A DNA stretch of 39,960 nucleotides, taken from positions 1 through 39,960 of IMG/VR virus record IMGVR_UViG_3300008255_000053, one strand, 5' to 3'. Shown in pieces: positions 36,647-39,960 of this stretch (its first letter is position 1; each line of letters opens with the position of its first letter). This stretch comes from a virus. Lineage: Duplodnaviria > Caudoviricetes. The notes beneath the pieces were generated by a model. The model saw nothing but the letters and a program-made list of their open reading frames with translations. It searched no databases and was not told where the DNA came from. Made by a program: the position numbers and the translations under genes.

Positions 36647-36744
36647 TGTTAAGTCCAAGTTTTTTAGGAGATGTTCTTATAGCTCCTAAGGCATACGTTG
36701 TAATGTGTACCCTGAGTACTGAATAGGATTGTTTCTAGTAATTT

Positions 36745-36797
36745 ATTAGAGGAGGTACGAACGGTTGCCCAATCACCTCCCCTCTAATGCAACCGTT
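36745..36797 (-). ncRNA. Pseudoknot or switch containing an extended SD sequence
   Basis: AACGGUUGC/GCAACCGUU interleaved with AUUAGAGG..AGGU/ACCUCCUCUAAU. Confidence 0.6.
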
Positions 36798-36806
36798 ACT
36801 GTTTAA

Positions 36807-36989
36807 CTAATCAACGCACTTGTCGTTAATTTTAACTGCGCAAGTTTCCGACGTTCCATATAACCCTTTGTGTTCACGTGATTTTTCTCTAGCCGAATTT
36901 ACACTTGCAAGCACTACTGAGGTGAGTATTCCAACTATTGCAATACACACAAGTAATTCAATGAGGGTGAACCCTTTGTTTCCGTTCAT
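36807..36989 (-). CDS. Miniature type IV prepilin-like protein
   Basis: [10 protein letters not shown] prepilin cleavage-methylation motif, hydrophobic helix, C-terminal Cys pair. Confidence 0.85.
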   Translation of the reverse strand: MNGNKGFTLIELLVCIAIVGILTSVVLASVNSAREKSREHKGLYGTSETCAVKINDKCVD

Positions 36990-36990
36990 A

Positions 36991-37791
36991 CTACTTAATT
37001 AAGTTGAGAAATGGTACAGCACTTCCTGGTACGAATTGTACAGGCAGCACTCCGTTCCACTTATCAATAGCTTGTAGTTGCACGTAGTCTTTTCCTCCTT
37101 GTTGTGTAACGGCTTGTGCTTGGATTCGGATTGATTCTGCCTCGGCTTTAGCTTGTTCAATCTTTTGCTGTGCCTCAAACTTAACACGCTCAAGGTCGTT
37201 CTGTGCCTTCTGTGCATTTTGTTCTGCTGTTACTTTCTGTTCAATTGCAACTGAGAACTGTTCTGAGAACTTAAAATCAACAATAGATGAGCCAGTAACA
37301 CTGATGTATTTCCCCTCCATTGATTTTTGTAGTTGTTCAGAGATACCAGCCTTTACTAACGCACGGTCTGTGATTAGCTCACTTGCGTTGAAGCGCGCCG
37401 TCACCGCTTTAATTGAGTCTTGAATTGCTGGTGCAAGTTCTCGTGCGATTACGTCACCACGGTACTGTTTGTACATGTCCTCTACTGTACTTGATTCAAT
37501 GTTGTATTGAATCGCAACAGTAGTGAAAACATCTTGCAAGTCTTTAGATGCAGCAGATACTTCCAGCTCAACCTTTTGAGTAGCAACTTCTATCTTCTTA
37601 ACCTTTGTGATGTACGGTACTACCATGTGGAACCCAGGCTCAAATGAACCTTTAACCTCACCGAATACCAATACAACACCTCGCTCTGTAGCGTCCACTA
37701 TTCGTATGGATGCAAAGAGTGTTATTACCGCGAATACGGCAACAATTCCAATTACAGACCAACGAACAAAACGCTTGTCTTCTTCTAACAT
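36991..37791 (-). CDS. SPFH / prohibitin (band 7) family membrane protein
   Basis: N-terminal [36 protein letters not shown]. Confidence 0.92.
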   Translation of the reverse strand: MLEEDKRFVRWSVIGIVAVFAVITLFASIRIVDATERGVVLVFGEVKGSFEPGFHMVVPYITKVKKIEVATQKVELEVSAASKDLQDVFTTVAIQYNIESSTVEDMYKQYRGDVIARELAPAIQDSIKAVTARFNASELITDRALVKAGISEQLQKSMEGKYISVTGSSIVDFKFSEQFSVAIEQKVTAEQNAQKAQNDLERVKFEAQQKIEQAKAEAESIRIQAQAVTQQGGKDYVQLQAIDKWNGVLPVQFVPGSAVPFLNLIK

Positions 37792-37830
37792 GTTTATAAT
37801 GTTAAATCCTATTCAGTTTTCAAGGTACAC

Positions 37831-37982
37831 AAAAATCCCCACAACTAAATAAGCCGTGGGGCGTTGAAAAACTCCATACTTAATGTGATAGCCAAGCGGT
37901 CGATGTGTGCACCGACAACTGGGAAAGCTTGCTTAGCTCTCACATTAAATACAGAGTTTCTTAGGTGCTTTCCCATACCTAT
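37831..37982 (-). ncRNA. Structured RNA with a 9-bp loop-loop pseudoknot, ending in an intrinsic terminator
   Basis: TTGACT-17-TATTAT promoter; ~30-bp interrupted stem; UGGGAAAGC/GCUUUCCCA; CCCCACGGCU/AGUUGUGGGG plus U-tract. Confidence 0.7.
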
Positions 37983-38021
37983 AATAATATAATTTCCTGA
38001 AATAAAAGTCAAGTGGTAAAC

Positions 38022-38050
38022 ACAAAAACCACCCATGAAGGTGGCTTTGT
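38022..38050 (-). terminator. Intrinsic terminator
   Basis: AAAGCCACC/GGTGGTTTTT. Confidence 0.75.
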
Positions 38051-38115
38051 AACAGTATGTCATTTAAGTATATACAACGTGTTACTCACTGGCAAGGATG
38101 GGGTGTGGTTTTTAA

Positions 38116-38385
38116 TTATTGTTCCGTTTCTGTGTAAGAAGAGATAAGTCTTTTTACTTCAGGTACTTTTTTTGATTCTACGAATCTTCCATGTTTTAAC
38201 ATGGTTCCACCCCATATATGTTGTCTAATTGTCGATTTCAATGCTTCTGACTGTTCTGTAGGTAAACCTAATAGCTCTACAGTGGTTAGCATTTTACCTT
38301 CTAATATACTCACGTACTTTGAATCTATGAAGAAAGAATCATGATATTCAATCCCATTTTCAACATGTGTATCTTCGTTTGCCAT
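38116..38385 (-). CDS. Hypothetical protein enclosed by an RNA stalk
   Basis: Start moved to ATG 38385 (MANEDT). Confidence 0.7.
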   Translation of the reverse strand: MANEDTHVENGIEYHDSFFIDSKYVSILEGKMLTTVELLGLPTEQSEALKSTIRQHIWGGTMLKHGRFVESKKVPEVKRLISSYTETEQ

Positions 38386-38427
38386 AACTTTACTTAACTT
38401 AACCCCCACCCTTGTCAATGAGCAACA

Positions 38428-38586
38428 TCAGATACAATGACCGATGCTTGTAGGTCGTAACAGTTTTCCGTCTTGACCCACACAAGCATCCGTTACTGTA
38501 TCCGACCAATCCCCTGTGCGCCCATGCCGAAGCATGGACATCCAGCCTTGCATCCCATTCCTTAGAATGAGCGCACAAAGGACTGG
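38428..38586 (-). ncRNA. Structured 5' leader: multibranch domain plus long hairpin
   Basis: 16-bp closing stem, C(UUCG)G tetraloop hairpin, adjacent ~78-nt hairpin. Confidence 0.65.
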
Positions 38587-38590
38587 ATAT

Positions 38591-38660
38591 AGTATAGCAT
38601 AAACATGTTAAAAAGTTATCCACACCCCATGCTTTTATTATGCTTGCGGTGTGGTATTGT
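38591..38660. promoter_or_regulatory. Divergent promoters flanking a perfect DnaA box
   Basis: Leftward TGnTATACT, rightward TGnTATTGT, TTATCCACA at 38616-38624. Confidence 0.7.
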
Positions 38661-38688
38661 TAGTTGATTAGAAGTAGATTATAAAAAT

Positions 38689-38868
38689 ATGACAGAAGAA
38701 AAACACAAACACCAATACGAGTGTGAAACTATTAACGAACCCAAACTAGCTTCAAAGTATGTTAGTAGTAAAACAGGAGACATCACTGGTAAGGAAGACA
38801 GGATAGTAAAGGTGATTTTTTGTATCTACTGTGGAGACTCAAAACAGATTTACCCGATAGAAAAATAA
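38689..38868 (+). CDS. Small His/Cys protein (59 aa)
   Basis: Manual ORF MTEEKHKHQY...FCIYCG. Confidence 0.6.
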   Translation: MTEEKHKHQYECETINEPKLASKYVSSKTGDITGKEDRIVKVIFCIYCGDSKQIYPIEK

Positions 38869-38870
38869 AT

Positions 38871-39068
38871 ATGACAGAAGAAAACACATTAAAAATACTT
38901 TGTCCATTTTGTAACGAACCGTATACCGCTGAAATGCTCATTGACTTGGAAGAAGGAAATGATTGTGATACATGCGGAGGAGATAGTGCAGATTTAACAG
39001 TGGAAATAAAGTGTGCGAATTGTAAGAAAATTGTTTATAAGAAAGAAGGAAAAGGATATGATTTTTAA
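38871..39068 (+). CDS. Zn-ribbon protein
   Basis: CPFC, CDTC, CANC; start at ATG 38871. Confidence 0.7.
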   Translation: MTEENTLKILCPFCNEPYTAEMLIDLEEGNDCDTCGGDSADLTVEIKCANCKKIVYKKEGKGYDF

Positions 39069-39101
39069 CAGTAACATCATCTAACAATTCACAAAATAAT
39101 T

Positions 39102-39245
39102 ATGACAGAAAAAGTACCACAAGTAATATCAGATTACTTTTCAGAGAAAGCAAAGGACAAGTGGAAAAAGGTTTCTAAGAAAGACAGGAAGGAACATTCT
39201 AGGAAAATGCTCGAAGCAAAAAGGCTTAAAAAGTTAAATAAGTAA
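39102..39245 (+). CDS. Small basic protein (47 aa)
   Basis: Manual ORF MTEKVPQVISDYFSEKAKDKWKK... Confidence 0.6.
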   Translation: MTEKVPQVISDYFSEKAKDKWKKVSKKDRKEHSRKMLEAKRLKKLNK

Positions 39246-39248
39246 TAC

Positions 39249-39611
39249 ATGTTCGTTAAAAAAAGCACATACAAAAAAGCACTTGATGAAATAAAGACAC
39301 TAGAAAAATCATTAGAGCAAGCAAATGATTTAAAATCTGTTTTATGTAAATTGACAGACAAGTCATGCTCTTACGGTGAAACAATAAGTGTGCTTAGTGG
39401 TTCATTCACCAACAGTGAGATAGTTCTTCCGAATGATGTGGCAAGGTACGTTGACGACTACTATGGTGGTAAGGTTATAAAGCAAGAAGCAAACAAAGTT
39501 GTCGCATTAAATGATGAAGGTGAAGCAACATACCACCTTACAAAGCGTCCAAATACCAAAGGTTACAAATTCAGATTAGAACTACCTAAAAAGGCTCAAC
39601 AACACTCTTAA
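39249..39611 (+). CDS. Hypothetical protein
   Basis: 120 aa ORF. Confidence 0.7.
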   Translation: MFVKKSTYKKALDEIKTLEKSLEQANDLKSVLCKLTDKSCSYGETISVLSGSFTNSEIVLPNDVARYVDDYYGGKVIKQEANKVVALNDEGEATYHLTKRPNTKGYKFRLELPKKAQQHS

Positions 39612-39614
39612 AAG

Positions 39615-39660
39615 TTATCCACACCAATCACTTGCGGTAAGCACAAAACAAGCATATAGT
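39615..39660 (+). promoter_or_regulatory. Promoter with a perfect DnaA box
   Basis: TTATCCACA (39615-39623), then TTGCGG-17-TATAGT. Confidence 0.7.
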
Positions 39661-39698
39661 ATAGGTAGTGAGGTTAAAAGTTCACTTAATATAAATAT

Positions 39699-39857
39699 AT
39701 GAAAACACAAGAAGATTACCTAACAGACATTCATTGCGCTAACGACATCACCGAAGAAGATGTAGAACGGCATGAGTTTCTTGAAGGACTTAATGCACGC
39801 AAGGACATATCAGTGGAGGAGAAGATGGCTATATTAGAAGAATCTAAATATAACTAG
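39699..39857 (+). CDS. Small acidic protein (52 aa)
   Basis: Manual ORF MKTQEDYLTD... Confidence 0.6.
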   Translation: MKTQEDYLTDIHCANDITEEDVERHEFLEGLNARKDISVEEKMAILEESKYN

Positions 39858-39960
39858 TATGAAATCAAATTTGTTTATCGACCTAGCAATAGTGGTCACA
39901 GTAGTTTCATTGGTAATCTTGTGTGTTACTTTCTTTTCAATAGCGACAAACACACACACT
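39838..39960. repeat. Terminal direct repeat copy 2
   Basis: Identical to 1-123. Confidence 0.95.

Noticed and set aside
36745-36797. HDV-like or hammerhead ribozyme
   Set aside because: No P3/L3/P1.1 elements and no CUGAUGA/GAAA core
37845-38063. 72-aa ORF as an ordinary gene
   Set aside because: It crosses a terminator, a promoter and a structured RNA; at most a leader peptide
38399-38623. 74-aa ORF
   Set aside because: It spans the promoter and structured leader; an RNA explanation fits better
1-39960. Stop-codon recoding (code 15 or 25)
   Set aside because: Long genes are intact in code 11, and TAG/TGA are used as stops tightly coupled to the next start

Overview
Apparently complete circular genome (about 39,837 bp; bases 1-123 recur at 39838-39960) of a podovirus-like tailed phage. 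The host is probably a Patescibacteria/CPR bacterium, inferred from a Parcubacteria-style prepilin N-terminus and start codons that mostly lack Shine-Dalgarno (SD) sites. A divergent promoter region at about 38590-38660 splits the genome. The rightward arm (38689 to 6378, across the junction) carries YopX, HNH, a DNA methyltransferase, ERF, an SSB-like protein, a pentapeptide-repeat protein and a wHTH protein. The leftward arm carries SPFH, a mini-pilin, HNH, NinG and many small ORFs, then terS, groES, groEL, terL, portal, scaffold, major capsid, tail/ejection proteins, an M23 endolysin and a holin. I recognised no integrase, polymerase, helicase or initiator. The most unusual feature is non-coding and lies at 34.7-38.6 kb: genes and structured RNAs are each enclosed by 15-26 bp long-range RNA stalks whose 5' arm contains or abuts an rRNA-type boxA, as in rrn processing stalks. 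Two enclosed units are tRNA-like RNAs ending in CCA. Two further ORF-less elements have 15-18 nt complementarity to the 16S rRNA 3' tail. All calls were made by eye, with no database search or folding software.
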